NCBI GenBank assembly: GCA_036350795.1
Contig: JAZBNV010000100.1
Location: forward strand, 4,447-68,446
Origin: Marinilabiliaceae bacterium
GTDB lineage: Bacteria; Bacteroidota; Bacteroidia; Bacteroidales; VadinHA17
Length of the DNA: 64,000 nucleotides
Direction of reading: 5' to 3'
Shown: one piece after another, positions 9,718 through 19,219 of the stretch
Layout of the letters: each line of letters opens with the position of its first letter
Position numbering within the stretch: the stretch's first letter is position 1
Position numbers and translations under genes: made by a program
Notes under the pieces: model-generated
Seen by the model: the letters and a program-made list of their open reading frames with translations, nothing else
The model's database searches: none
What the model was told of the DNA's origin: nothing

Positions 9718-11856
9718 ATGTCAAAAATAAAATGGTGGAAATCAATTCACAGTTATTTTTTTATTGGATTGTTGTTTGCAGTAAGTATAGCAATTGTAAC
9801 TATGTTTTTTCCGAGAGAAGGCAAATTCAGGTATGAGTATCAGAAGGGAAAACCCTGGATGCACGAGGTTATGATTGCTCCCTGGGACTTCCCTATTTAC
9901 AAGAGCGAGAATGAGCTGAACAGGGAACGCGACAGTATTCTGCAGGCCTTTAAACCATTTTTTGATTTTGACACTGCTATGGCAGGCAGACAGCTCAATT
10001 CATTCAATAGCTATTATAATGAACTCAGGCTTAAGCGGACAGGTTCAGCTAATGACCTCAGTCCGATAGAATATGAGCGCATAAGGCTTGTGCTGGGTGA
10101 TATTCTTTATGAGGTTTACCGGACTGGTGTATATGAACCGGGTGACCAGGTTGATGTGTTAAGACAGGAAAACAGAGACATTATGCTGGTAAAAGGTACT
10201 GTAGTCCGGGAGATTGGCATTGATGAACTCCTTACTTCCAAAGAAGCATATGAAAGAGTGAAGCAGAAAAAGGACAATATGCTTCTGAATAATGCAAAAT
10301 CAATAGACCTGAGGCAATTTGAGTTTATCAGCACAATTTCCGTGTCTGACTTTGTAAAACCAAATGTCAGCTATAATTACGATGTTAGCAGTACTGAAAG
10401 GGAGAAGATGCTTAATAGTGTCAGTTTAACCAGGGGACTGATACAGAAGGGCGAATTAATTATAAGCAGGGGTGAGCTTGTTAACGATTTCAGGTTCAGG
10501 GTACTTGAATCACTCAGGGTAGAGTCGGGGGCGAAAATGGGATCCTACAGCTCCTGGCTTCTTATTATCGGACAGGTGCTCCTGGTGTCGACCTGCTTCC
10601 TGATACTCTTCTTATTCCTGCTAAATTTCAGGGTTGAAGTTCTTGATTCCTTTGCAAAGACCCTCTTTATTATTTTACTGATACTTTCTTTTACTGCTCT
10701 GACAAGGCTGGTGCTGATAATACCAAATATCAGCGTATATCTTATTCCTTTCGCCATTATTCCGATTGTAATAAGAACCTTTTATGACCCGAGGCTTGCC
10801 CTCTTTATATTGCTTGTTACCCTGATGCTGAACGGCTTTATTGTCCCAAACTCCTTCGAGTTTGTATTTATCCAGTTTATTGCCGGTGTGGTGGTAATCT
10901 TCACCCTTACAAATACATACAGGCGAGGTAAGCTTTTCTTTTCCTCGTTTATGGTATTTCTGACTATGTCGGTAGTTTATTTTGGAATAGGTATTATACA
11001 GGAAGGTCAGATAAAGGATATTGACTATATTATGTTTGGCTGGTTTGCCGGAAACTCAGTACTTATCCTGCTCAGCTATCCCCTGATATTTATATTTGAA
11101 AAAACTTTCGGCTTTCTTTCGGATGCAACACTCTTTGAACTGTCAGATACGAACCAGCCTTTGTTGAGAAGGCTTGCTGAAGAAGCGCCCGGTTCGTTCC
11201 AGCATTCAATGCAGGTGGCTATCCTGGTTGAGGACGCCGCCAGGGCAATAGGTGCAAATCCTTTACTTGTCAGGGCCGGTGCTCTGTATCATGATATAGG
11301 AAAGGTTAATGATTCGGAATACTTTACAGAAAACCAGTCAGATGGATTTAATCCTCACAAAAGTATCAAACCTGATGAAAGTGCCAGGATTATTATAAAT
11401 CATATCTCAAAAGGAATCGAACTTGCCAGAAGGGCAAAATTACCGGAGCAGATTATTGATTTTATAAGGACCCACCAGGGTACTACGAGAACCTATTATT
11501 TTTACCGGGAATACAAGGACAATAATCCCAGTAAGGATATTGATGCAAGTCTTTTCAGTTACCCGGGCCCAAGGCCCTTTACCAAAGAAACGGCATTGCT
11601 AATGATGGCCGATGCCGTTGAAGCTTCGTCGAGGTCGCTAAAGGAATACAGCGAAGAAGCAATACGTAATCTTGTTGAAACAATTATTGATCACCAGGTT
11701 CAGGAAGACCAGTTTGTTAATGCCCCAATTACCTACAGGGATATTACGGTTGCCAGGAATGCCTTCGTTAAAAGACTTCTGACAATCTACCATGCCAGGA
11801 TCAGCTATCCGAAGAAAGAAGATGAGGGTAAGAATAAGACTGATAAGAATGAATAA
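9718..11856 (+). CDS. 7TM-receptor HD/HDIG phosphohydrolase (PgpH-like)
   Basis: N-terminal TM segment plus an extracellular domain, a seven-TM block, and a C-terminal HD domain (HSMQVA ... LYHDIGK). Confidence 0.85.
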   Translation: MSKIKWWKSIHSYFFIGLLFAVSIAIVTMFFPREGKFRYEYQKGKPWMHEVMIAPWDFPIYKSENELNRERDSILQAFKPFFDFDTAMAGRQLNSFNSYYNELRLKRTGSANDLSPIEYERIRLVLGDILYEVYRTGVYEPGDQVDVLRQENRDIMLVKGTVVREIGIDELLTSKEAYERVKQKKDNMLLNNAKSIDLRQFEFISTISVSDFVKPNVSYNYDVSSTEREKMLNSVSLTRGLIQKGELIISRGELVNDFRFRVLESLRVESGAKMGSYSSWLLIIGQVLLVSTCFLILFLFLLNFRVEVLDSFAKTLFIILLILSFTALTRLVLIIPNISVYLIPFAIIPIVIRTFYDPRLALFILLVTLMLNGFIVPNSFEFVFIQFIAGVVVIFTLTNTYRRGKLFFSSFMVFLTMSVVYFGIGIIQEGQIKDIDYIMFGWFAGNSVLILLSYPLIFIFEKTFGFLSDATLFELSDTNQPLLRRLAEEAPGSFQHSMQVAILVEDAARAIGANPLLVRAGALYHDIGKVNDSEYFTENQSDGFNPHKSIKPDESARIIINHISKGIELARRAKLPEQIIDFIRTHQGTTRTYYFYREYKDNNPSKDIDASLFSYPGPRPFTKETALLMMADAVEASSRSLKEYSEEAIRNLVETIIDHQVQEDQFVNAPITYRDITVARNAFVKRLLTIYHARISYPKKEDEGKNKTDKNE

Positions 11857-11860
11857 GCCA

Positions 11861-11876
11861 GAGGTTTCAGAACCTC
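11861..11876. terminator. Short hairpin between convergent genes (possible bidirectional terminator)
   Basis: gaggtt-tcag-aacctc, a 6-bp stem spanning the lolA-like stop codon. Weak, with no clear U-run. Confidence 0.25.
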
Positions 11877-12505
11877 ATATCAATTATATCAACATTCCTG
11901 TATTTCTTCTGGTCGAAGCTGAAGAAAGTGTCCTTATAACTTTTACTGAGATCATAGACCTTTACTGAAATAAATATGCTGATACCGTCTTTCCTTTTAT
12001 ACTCTGCTCCTTTCAGGGAGTAGTCCTTTCCGATATTCAGCCTTACACGCGACAGTTCTGTTGATAGGTCTTCAGGGTAGAGGTCAATAATTGTTCCATC
12101 ACTTTCGTCAGCAAGCATTTTTACCTTATAGCCCTGGCTGTACATAGTGAACAACAATGATGGTCTGGAAAGGAATGATTCCGGGTCAGGATCCGGTTCT
12201 GTTATTGTAAGTTCTTCCACATCAGGAACAAGAGTATATGTAGCCGTGCCGTCAAACCAGACAATGTTCCCTGGTAACTGAAGCTTATATCTGTCTTTGC
12301 TGATTACTATTTCTCCACTTTCATTTGTTTCGCTGTCCTCTACAGCATCCAGAACCTGCATATCAAATTTTAAGGTAATTGCATCGGCTCCGAGTGCTTT
12401 ACTGCTGAATTTATCCAATATTGATTTTGCCACCGGGTCAACCTGCCCCTTGAGAATGGATATGCAGGCCATCGAAATAAACAGTATTGTAATAGTCCTT
12501 TTCAT
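11867..12505 (-). CDS. lolA: LolA-like outer-membrane lipoprotein carrier protein
   Basis: 212 aa with a signal peptide. Sits immediately downstream of ftsK, the conserved Bacteroidota synteny. Confidence 0.65.
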   Translation of the reverse strand: MKRTITILFISMACISILKGQVDPVAKSILDKFSSKALGADAITLKFDMQVLDAVEDSETNESGEIVISKDRYKLQLPGNIVWFDGTATYTLVPDVEELTITEPDPDPESFLSRPSLLFTMYSQGYKVKMLADESDGTIIDLYPEDLSTELSRVRLNIGKDYSLKGAEYKRKDGISIFISVKVYDLSKSYKDTFFSFDQKKYRNVDIIDMRF

Positions 12506-12512
12506 GCTATGT

Positions 12513-14939
12513 TTACTCGATACTTCTCAAAATCTGTTCCAAACGTTCCATATCCTGTATTAGTACCTCCCTGGCCTTGCTGCCTTCAAAAGGTCCGAGG
12601 ATTCCAGCGAATTCGAGCTGGTCAACAATTCTGCCTGCCCTGTTATATCCCAGCGATAGTTTTCTCTGGATAAGTGAAGTAGAACCCTGCTGGTGTGTAA
12701 CAACAAGCCGCGCTGCCTCCTCAAATTTGCTGTCCCGTTTTTTAAGATCAATATCCTGTATCCCGTTATCTGTATCGCCTTCATATTCGGGTAGAAAAAA
12801 AGCATCGGTATATCCCTGCTGCGACCCGATATACTCTGTAACCCTGTTTATTTCAGGTGTATCAATAAATGCACATTGTGCCCTGATAGTGTTATTGCCG
12901 TTATAATAGAGCATATCTCCGCGTCCGACAAGTTTTTCTGCACCTGTCTGGTCAAGTATAGTCCTTGAGTCGATAGACGATGAAACCCTGAATGCCAGGC
13001 GGGCGGGGAAATTGGTCTTGATAATCCCGGTAATAATATTGGCAGATGGCCGCTGAGTGGCAATTATAAGGTGGATGCCAATGGCCCTGGCAAGCTGTGC
13101 CAGTCGCTGGATCGGTCCTTCTATCTCTTTACCGGCTGTCATGATAAGATCAGCAAACTCATCAATAATAAGTACAATATATGGCAGGAAACGGTGGCCT
13201 TTTTCAGGGTTCAGTTTCCGGGCTTTAAATTTCTCATTATACTCTTTGATTATCCTGCATTCTGCCTTTCTGAGCAGTTCATACCTGTTCTCCATCTCAA
13301 TACAAAGCGAATTAAGAGTATAAACTACTTTCTGGGTATCTGTAATAATCGGATCTTCCGAATCGGGCAGTTTGGCCAGGTAATGTCTTTCTATCCTGGC
13401 ATACATGGTTAGTTCAACCATTTTTGGATCAACAAGTACGAATTTTAATTCAGCCGGATGCCTGCGGTAAAGCAGAGATGCAATAATAACATTCAGTCCA
13501 ACCGACTTACCCTGGCCGGTTGCACCGGCTACCAGAAGGTGTGGCATCTTTGCAAGATCCATTATCAGGGGGTCATTTGTGATGGTACGACCCATAGCTA
13601 TGGCAAGGTCATACTTACTTTCCTGGAAGGCCTTGCTGGCAATAAGAGAACGCATTGACACAGTTTCCGGACTTTTGTTAGGTACTTCAATACCAACGGT
13701 ACCCCTGCCCGGAATAGGTGCAATTATCCTGATTCCAAATGCTGAAAGGCTGAGTGCAATATCATTTTCCAGCGATTTAATCTTTGCAAGTCTCACACCT
13801 CTTTCAGGAACAACTTCGTAAAGTGTTACCGTTGGACCTACTGTGGCCGAAATATGCTTAATATCTATGTTGTAGTCTGAGAGTGTCTTTACAATAGTTT
13901 CCTTTTTTTCCAGTATCTCTTTATCGTCAAAGGCACCGTCCGACCTGTAATCTTCGAGGAGGGAAAGAACCGGCATTTTAAAGGACGAAAGATCCAGTGT
14001 AGGGTCATAGTTTTCCTGAAGACGCTTCATCTCATTTTCGCTAAGTTCCTCTCCTCCCTCTGCCCTGGTGATTGAGATAGATACATCCTTTCCCTTGATC
14101 TGCTTTTCGCTTCCTCCGTCTTCCAGGTCATTTATAATGCTTCCTTTGACAGAAGGAGTATCCTGGAATTCCTCAACTGCTTCGTCTTCAAGAGAATTTA
14201 TTATACTGAATTCCGGATCTGCCGCATCGTCATTATAATCATTCTTATCGTAATTATCAGGGCTATCGTCTTCGTTAATAACAGACAGGTCAGGATCATT
14301 CTTAGCTCCGTTATTAAATCCTGTTAAGAAGGATTTTATACCTGCCGGGCTTATTCTGAATACCATTACCATGTATGATACAAGCAGAACACCAACAAGA
14401 ATACCCGTTCCCAGTTTGCCGATAAAGGAATTAAGCCATCTGCTTACTTCATATCCGTGTGTTCCCCCCGGGCCTGAGCTGAATAATCCTCCTGCACTTC
14501 CGAAAACATATCCCAGAGCAATAGAAAAAATTATTGTGCCCAGAACCATATTACGACTTATAATCCCCGCCCTGATCCTGGTAAGATTAAGCATCCTGAG
14601 TCCTGTTGCGGCAAAGATTACCGGTATAAAAAAGGCAGCCAGTCCAAAACCCTGCCTGATAAATATATCAGCAAACCAGGCACCGCTTTTACCTGACCAG
14701 TTCTTTACTTCAATTTCGGCCCCGCTTATTACCTGGGACGTGTCGAAGCTTTGATCCGATTTCCACCAGAAGAGATAGGCTATAAAAGCAAACAAAAGGT
14801 AAACAGCAAAACCTGTCAGCAGCAGACCTGAGATAAACTTTATCCTCTCATCCTTAAATATTGAATAAGCCTGTTTCTGTCCCTGTGGTTTTGGAGGGAT
14901 CTTATTAGCTGTCTTTTTTTTACTGCTCTTCTTTTTCAT
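12513..14939 (-). CDS. ftsK: DNA translocase FtsK/SpoIIIE
   Basis: N-terminal TM segments, an acidic linker, Walker A GATGQGKSVGLN, Walker B LIIDEFADL, and a C-terminal gamma wHTH (STSLIQRKLSLGYNRAGRIVDQLE). Confidence 0.95.
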   Translation of the reverse strand: MKKKSSKKKTANKIPPKPQGQKQAYSIFKDERIKFISGLLLTGFAVYLLFAFIAYLFWWKSDQSFDTSQVISGAEIEVKNWSGKSGAWFADIFIRQGFGLAAFFIPVIFAATGLRMLNLTRIRAGIISRNMVLGTIIFSIALGYVFGSAGGLFSSGPGGTHGYEVSRWLNSFIGKLGTGILVGVLLVSYMVMVFRISPAGIKSFLTGFNNGAKNDPDLSVINEDDSPDNYDKNDYNDDAADPEFSIINSLEDEAVEEFQDTPSVKGSIINDLEDGGSEKQIKGKDVSISITRAEGGEELSENEMKRLQENYDPTLDLSSFKMPVLSLLEDYRSDGAFDDKEILEKKETIVKTLSDYNIDIKHISATVGPTVTLYEVVPERGVRLAKIKSLENDIALSLSAFGIRIIAPIPGRGTVGIEVPNKSPETVSMRSLIASKAFQESKYDLAIAMGRTITNDPLIMDLAKMPHLLVAGATGQGKSVGLNVIIASLLYRRHPAELKFVLVDPKMVELTMYARIERHYLAKLPDSEDPIITDTQKVVYTLNSLCIEMENRYELLRKAECRIIKEYNEKFKARKLNPEKGHRFLPYIVLIIDEFADLIMTAGKEIEGPIQRLAQLARAIGIHLIIATQRPSANIITGIIKTNFPARLAFRVSSSIDSRTILDQTGAEKLVGRGDMLYYNGNNTIRAQCAFIDTPEINRVTEYIGSQQGYTDAFFLPEYEGDTDNGIQDIDLKKRDSKFEEAARLVVTHQQGSTSLIQRKLSLGYNRAGRIVDQLEFAGILGPFEGSKAREVLIQDMERLEQILRSIE

Positions 14940-15053
14940 TTCCGAATATGAAACTTTATACCTCTGAAAACTGCTTGCCGTTAAAAATATTGCACTTACT
15001 TAGCCATGCTATAAAGGTAACAAAATATGGTGGATGAGAAAATACGGAATGGC

Positions 15054-15758
15054 TCAGAGGGCCATCATTTTTGAAATAAGGTTATCCATATCATCCCTTG
15101 AAATCCTGAGGAATTTGTCGCTTTTCGTAAAATCCTTCTCGGCAACTTCACGCTGGTAGATGGCTGTTACCTCAAATTCAATTATCATATCACCAATTTT
15201 GTAGAAGAAGTTTGTAAGAACTCCGTCAATATCTTTGAATGGTGTTGAATTATTTGGATTTTCAAGGTCAATATCATTTGTGTACCATATATCAAAATCC
15301 CTTTCATAACCCGGAATCTGGACAATGGCGTGCTTGCAGTTCAGACCTGAGATTGTCTTGGTCTGACCGGTCCTCATAAACTTAAGGTCATCCATGGGAT
15401 CTATGCCCGGAGGAACTTCTCCTGAAACACCCTGGTAATAATATTTTATTCCCAGGAAACTTATAAATGTCTTCATTATATTCGCCTCAGGGTCAATAAT
15501 ATTGAATATCCCTGAATGCCCGATGGGAGCCGTTATTTCCATCAGTATCCTGTTATCTTTGAATTTCACAACAAGGGTATTTGGCATAAGTTCCATTGGA
15601 AGCACACCACCAGGGTTATCATAGATGATATTATAATGAATTTCTCCTTCGTCGAAGCCGCCCATTGGAGATCTGCTGCACCCTGCTAGCCACGTAAGTA
15701 CACAGACAAATAAAAAAAGTAAAAGTCTATTCTTCAATCTGGTTGTGATAATATTCAT
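15054..15758 (-). CDS. Hypothetical lipoprotein
   Basis: Signal peptide with a lipobox (LTWLAGCSRS). No recognisable catalytic motif. Confidence 0.5.
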   Translation of the reverse strand: MNIITTRLKNRLLLFLFVCVLTWLAGCSRSPMGGFDEGEIHYNIIYDNPGGVLPMELMPNTLVVKFKDNRILMEITAPIGHSGIFNIIDPEANIMKTFISFLGIKYYYQGVSGEVPPGIDPMDDLKFMRTGQTKTISGLNCKHAIVQIPGYERDFDIWYTNDIDLENPNNSTPFKDIDGVLTNFFYKIGDMIIEFEVTAIYQREVAEKDFTKSDKFLRISRDDMDNLISKMMAL

Positions 15759-15947
15759 TCTCCTACAAAAGGTAAAAATAGCAAAATAATTTTACAAGCA
15801 AGTATCAATTGAAAATCATATATATTATTATAAATTTGTGTTTTCAATTTTAAAACGCTTACATTTCCTGATACAGCCAGGTTTATTTTTACTGACAGGA
15901 AAAAGATGGATTTGGTTGTATGAGATTGTAAATAAATTTCGAAAAGA

Positions 15948-16904
15948 ATGAAGAAACTTGCAGTAATTGCACTGGGAGGAAATGCTCTTCTCAGGGGAGA
16001 CCAGATTGGTACAATTGAAGAACAGGAGAAAAATACAACAGATACACTTGAGAACCTTGTATACCTGGTTAAAGAAGGGTATAACCTGGTAATTACCCAT
16101 GGAAACGGTCCCCAGGTCGGAAACGTACTGATGAGAAACGATGCAGGAGAACAGATTTATAATATAGCCCAGATGCCTCTGGATATCTGTGTGGCAGATA
16201 CGCAGGGTGGAATCGGGTATATGATTGAGCGTATGTTCAGAAATGTTCTTCAGAAGCATAATCTTGAACGTAATGTTGTTTGCCTTGTAACCCAGGTAGT
16301 AGTCGATAAGGATGATCCGGCATTTAACGATCCTCAGAAAAGAATCGGGAAGATTTATGACCTGGAAAATGCAGAGAAACTGAAGGCTGAAAAGGGATGG
16401 GAGTTTAAGGAAGAAGTAAAGGCCCAGGGAGGATACAGGCGCGTGGTGCCTTCGCCGAAACCTATCAGGGTTATGAACCAGGATATTGTAGGAGAGCTGG
16501 CGAGGAAGGGCACTATAGTAATTGCTGCAGGGGGAGGAGGTGTACCTGTTTATATCGACGGGTCAAACGAAATACGACCGGCTGAGGCAGTGATCGATAA
16601 AGACATGGCATCTTCACTTCTGGCATCCGATATAGGGGCAGACGAGTTTTATATACTTACCGATGTGCCCTATGTATATAAGAATTATAAGAAAGCCGAC
16701 CAGGAGGTTAAGGAATTTCTTGATTATAAGGATACGGTTCAACTTCTTGAGGAAGGCCAGTTTGCAAAAGGCAGCATGGCCCCCAAGATTCAGGCCTGCC
16801 TTAATTTTATAAAAAACGGCGGTTCGAAAAGCGTCATAACAGAAGCCTTTAAACTTGCCGATAAAAAATACGGAACCAAAATAACAATGGAATACGACGA
16901 TTAG
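15948..16904 (+). CDS. arcC: Carbamate kinase
   Basis: MKKLAVIALGGNALL N-terminus and ...VITHGNGPQVG... are carbamate-kinase signatures. Length is 318 aa. Confidence 0.9.
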   Translation: MKKLAVIALGGNALLRGDQIGTIEEQEKNTTDTLENLVYLVKEGYNLVITHGNGPQVGNVLMRNDAGEQIYNIAQMPLDICVADTQGGIGYMIERMFRNVLQKHNLERNVVCLVTQVVVDKDDPAFNDPQKRIGKIYDLENAEKLKAEKGWEFKEEVKAQGGYRRVVPSPKPIRVMNQDIVGELARKGTIVIAAGGGGVPVYIDGSNEIRPAEAVIDKDMASSLLASDIGADEFYILTDVPYVYKNYKKADQEVKEFLDYKDTVQLLEEGQFAKGSMAPKIQACLNFIKNGGSKSVITEAFKLADKKYGTKITMEYDD

Positions 16905-16934
16905 GTATTTTAGCCCGGCTTTGTAATCGCCAGA

Positions 16935-16958
16935 CCATTAAACCATTAAACCATTAAA
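16935..16958 (+). repeat. 3 x 8-nt tandem repeat (ccattaaa) in the arcC-OTC spacer
   Basis: Read directly. It lies within a 36-nt G-free stretch (16934-16969) that runs up to the OTC start codon. Confidence 0.9.
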
Positions 16959-16969
16959 CAATATAAAAC

Positions 16970-17971
16970 ATGGCTTACAATTTAAGAAACAGGAGTTTTG
17001 TAAAACTGCTTGACTTTGATCCCAAAGAGATTCGTTTTCTTCTGGATCTGTCGGTGGATCTGAAAAAGGCTAAATATTCAGGTACTGAGCAAAAGAAACT
17101 TGAAGGAAAGAATATAGCCCTTATTTTTGAAAAAGCATCTACCCGTACCAGGTGTGCCTTTGAGGTTGCAGCTCTCGACCAGGGCGCGCATGTAACTTAC
17201 CTGGGGCCAACAGGGTCACAGATAGGGAAAAAGGAATCGATGAAAGATACTGCCAGGGTACTCGGAAGGATGTATGATGGTATTGAATACAGGGGCTTTG
17301 GACAAGACGTTGTGGAGGAGCTGGCAAAATACGCCGGTGTACCTGTGTGGAATGGCCTTACCAATGAATTCCACCCAACCCAGATACTGGCCGATTTTAT
17401 GACTATGATGGAGCATAGCGACAAAGCCCTTAATCAGGTTAGCTTCTGTTACCTGGGCGATGCCAGGAATAATATGGGCAACTCTTTGCTTGTTGGAGCC
17501 GCTAAAATGGGTATGGACTTCAGGGCTGCAGCTCCAAAGAGTATACAACCTTCTGATGAACTGGTTAAGACCTGCAGGGAGATTGCCAGGGACACAGGTG
17601 CGAAAATAACCATTACCGAGGATGTTGCCGAAGCTGTAAAAGGAGTCGATTTCCTCTATACGGATGTGTGGGTATCGATGGGCGAACCGGATGAAGTATG
17701 GAAGGAAAGGATTGCCCTTCTGAAACCCTACCAGGTTAATATGGAGCTGATAAAACTTACAGGCAACCCGCAGGTTAAGTTTCTGCATTGCCTGCCTGCC
17801 TTCCATAACCGTGAAACAACTGTGGGTGAGGAAATATACCAGAAGTACGGTCTTGATGGAATGGAAGTAACAGAAGATGTTTTTGAATCAGAGCATTCAA
17901 TTGTATTTGATGAGGCCGAAAACAGGATGCATACCATTAAGGCAGTTATGGTAGCTACCCTGGGGGCATAA
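16970..17971 (+). CDS. argF: Ornithine carbamoyltransferase (canonical ArgF/ArgI/ArcB type)
   Basis: Motifs [25 protein letters not shown] and FLHCLPAFH. The N-terminal half closely resembles E. coli ArgI as I remember it. Confidence 0.92.
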   Translation: MAYNLRNRSFVKLLDFDPKEIRFLLDLSVDLKKAKYSGTEQKKLEGKNIALIFEKASTRTRCAFEVAALDQGAHVTYLGPTGSQIGKKESMKDTARVLGRMYDGIEYRGFGQDVVEELAKYAGVPVWNGLTNEFHPTQILADFMTMMEHSDKALNQVSFCYLGDARNNMGNSLLVGAAKMGMDFRAAAPKSIQPSDELVKTCREIARDTGAKITITEDVAEAVKGVDFLYTDVWVSMGEPDEVWKERIALLKPYQVNMELIKLTGNPQVKFLHCLPAFHNRETTVGEEIYQKYGLDGMEVTEDVFESEHSIVFDEAENRMHTIKAVMVATLGA

Positions 17972-18113
17972 AAATTCTTTACGGAATCTTAGATCTTCAA
18001 CCGGGAGGTGCGAGAGACAGGATTCCCGCCACACCAGTCTTTAACCCAAGGTGCCGGGCCTGTTTAAGAGGCAGGGTAAGTGAGCCCTACGAACAAAGTG
18101 AGTCAAACTTCAA

Positions 18114-18587
18114 TCAAAAAAGTCCTTTGATAAAATAGAAGGTAATTACGAATGATGCAGCCAGTTTCAGACCTACGCCTGTCAGAAATCCCAGCAAACT
18201 GCCGAAACCTGCCTTCAGGGCATACTTAAAATCATCCTTAAATATCATTTCGCCTATTACTGCACCCAGGAAAGGCCCCAGTATAATACCGAATGGTCCA
18301 AAAAACAATCCGAGGATCAAACCAACCGTAGCACCCCGTGTTCCGTATTTTGATCCCCCGAACTTTTTGGTGCCCCATATTGGCACGAAATAATCCAGGA
18401 TTGTAACTATACCTGCCACAACTGCAAGGATAACCAACAAAGAGTTAGAGAATTCTGCAAACCTGGTAAAATGCAGCAGAATCAGACCTCCGTAGCTCAG
18501 GGGCGGACCGGGCAGAACCGGAACAAGGCAGCCGATAATCCCGATTATTATCAGTACAATAGCAAGACTTAGCAATAGGTATTCCAT
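18114..18587 (-). CDS. DUF456 family membrane protein
   Basis: MEYLLLSLAIVLIIIGIIGCLVPVLPGPPLSYGG is typical of DUF456. Start moved to M16 because the upstream extension overlaps a strong terminator. Confidence 0.7.
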   Translation of the reverse strand: MEYLLLSLAIVLIIIGIIGCLVPVLPGPPLSYGGLILLHFTRFAEFSNSLLVILAVVAGIVTILDYFVPIWGTKKFGGSKYGTRGATVGLILGLFFGPFGIILGPFLGAVIGEMIFKDDFKYALKAGFGSLLGFLTGVGLKLAASFVITFYFIKGLF

Positions 18588-18600
18588 TCTGAGCGTATTA

Positions 18601-18634
18601 TAAAAAAAATGCCTGTGGGGCGGAACAGGCATTT
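18601..18634 (-). terminator. Rho-independent terminator downstream of the DUF3276 gene
   Basis: On the minus strand: aaatgcctgt-tccgcccc-acaggcattt, a 9-bp stem followed by eight U residues. Confidence 0.8.
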
Positions 18635-18652
18635 ATAGATGTTAAGAAAAGT

Positions 18653-19066
18653 CTATTTATCTCCAAGATCTTCAAATTCAACATTAATAAATTCATTTGT
18701 GCCTTCTCCTGACACTTCTGATTCAGGCATTTCCTTATCGCCTGGCTCATCAGTTTGCTCGGGAAGATTGTTCTTAATAAAGGTGACAGCATCCTCAAAG
18801 CCATTTAGAAACTTTTCAAAATCTTCCTTGTAAAGGAAAATTTTATGCTTCTCGTAAAAAAACTTGCCATCCTTATTAAACCTCTTTTTGCTCTCTGTAA
18901 TTGTCAGGTAGAGATCATTTTTACGTGTTGCTTTTACATCAAAGAAATAGGTTCTGTTTCCCGCCCTTACAACTTTAGTATAAACCTCTTCTCTCTCGTG
19001 CATCTGGCTCTCGTCCCGTTCACTCGCTTCACTCCTTTTAGCACCATTTTCTTCGTTCATAAACAT
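18653..19066 (-). CDS. PUR-alpha-like nucleic-acid-binding protein (DUF3276)
   Basis: GNRTYFFDVKATRKNDLYLTITES ... FFYEKHKIFLYKEDFEKF shows the PUR-repeat pattern. The C-terminal tail is acidic. Confidence 0.7.
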   Translation of the reverse strand: MFMNEENGAKRSEASERDESQMHEREEVYTKVVRAGNRTYFFDVKATRKNDLYLTITESKKRFNKDGKFFYEKHKIFLYKEDFEKFLNGFEDAVTFIKNNLPEQTDEPGDKEMPESEVSGEGTNEFINVEFEDLGDK

Positions 19067-19162
19067 GCATTTAGTTAGGGAATATCATAACATTGTCAAA
19101 TGTAATAATTATTTCCTTTATTCAAAATATGTACCCTGATTTGTGGATTTATGGCTTTCTAT

Positions 19163-19192
19163 TTTGTCTAACTGCTAAAAAGAGTATTTTTG
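19163..19192 (+). promoter_or_regulatory. Candidate Bacteroidota promoter for nusB (-33 TTTG, -7 TATTTTTG)
   Basis: TTTG at 19163-19166 and TATTTTTG at 19185-19192, with an 18-nt spacer, 28 nt upstream of the ATG. Confidence 0.45.
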
Positions 19193-19219
19193 CACAAATA
19201 ATATTGAGGTTCTTTTTTA

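Noticed and set aside
12560-13412. Multiple 70-113-aa ORFs on both strands inside ftsK
   Set aside because: All are nested within a gene with Walker A/B and gamma-domain motifs, and none has independent support.
15828-16259. 143-aa minus-strand ORF overlapping the arcC 5' end and promoter
   Set aside because: It overlaps the clearly real carbamate kinase N-terminus on the opposite strand, and it has no motifs.
17216-17806. 196-aa ORF antisense to the ornithine carbamoyltransferase gene
   Set aside because: It is fully embedded antisense in a gene with unmistakable OTC motifs. Its translation has no recognisable motifs and an odd composition, so it is most likely a chance open frame.
16970-17971. 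The carbamoyltransferase as the Bacteroidota-type N-succinyl/acetyl-ornithine enzyme, or as putrescine carbamoyltransferase
   Set aside because: It has the complete classical OTC motif set, including DVWVSMGE and HCLPAFH, and near-colinear resemblance to E. coli ArgI as I remember it. A phylogeny would still be needed to exclude the putrescine carbamoyltransferase clade.
18001-18090. The GC-rich spacer as a tRNA, SRP RNA or terminator
   Set aside because: There is no acceptor/T-arm pattern (no GGTTCGAATCC-like box). There is no GGAAG-containing SRP domain-IV motif, and no stem followed by a U-run. It is kept only as a low-interest unknown.
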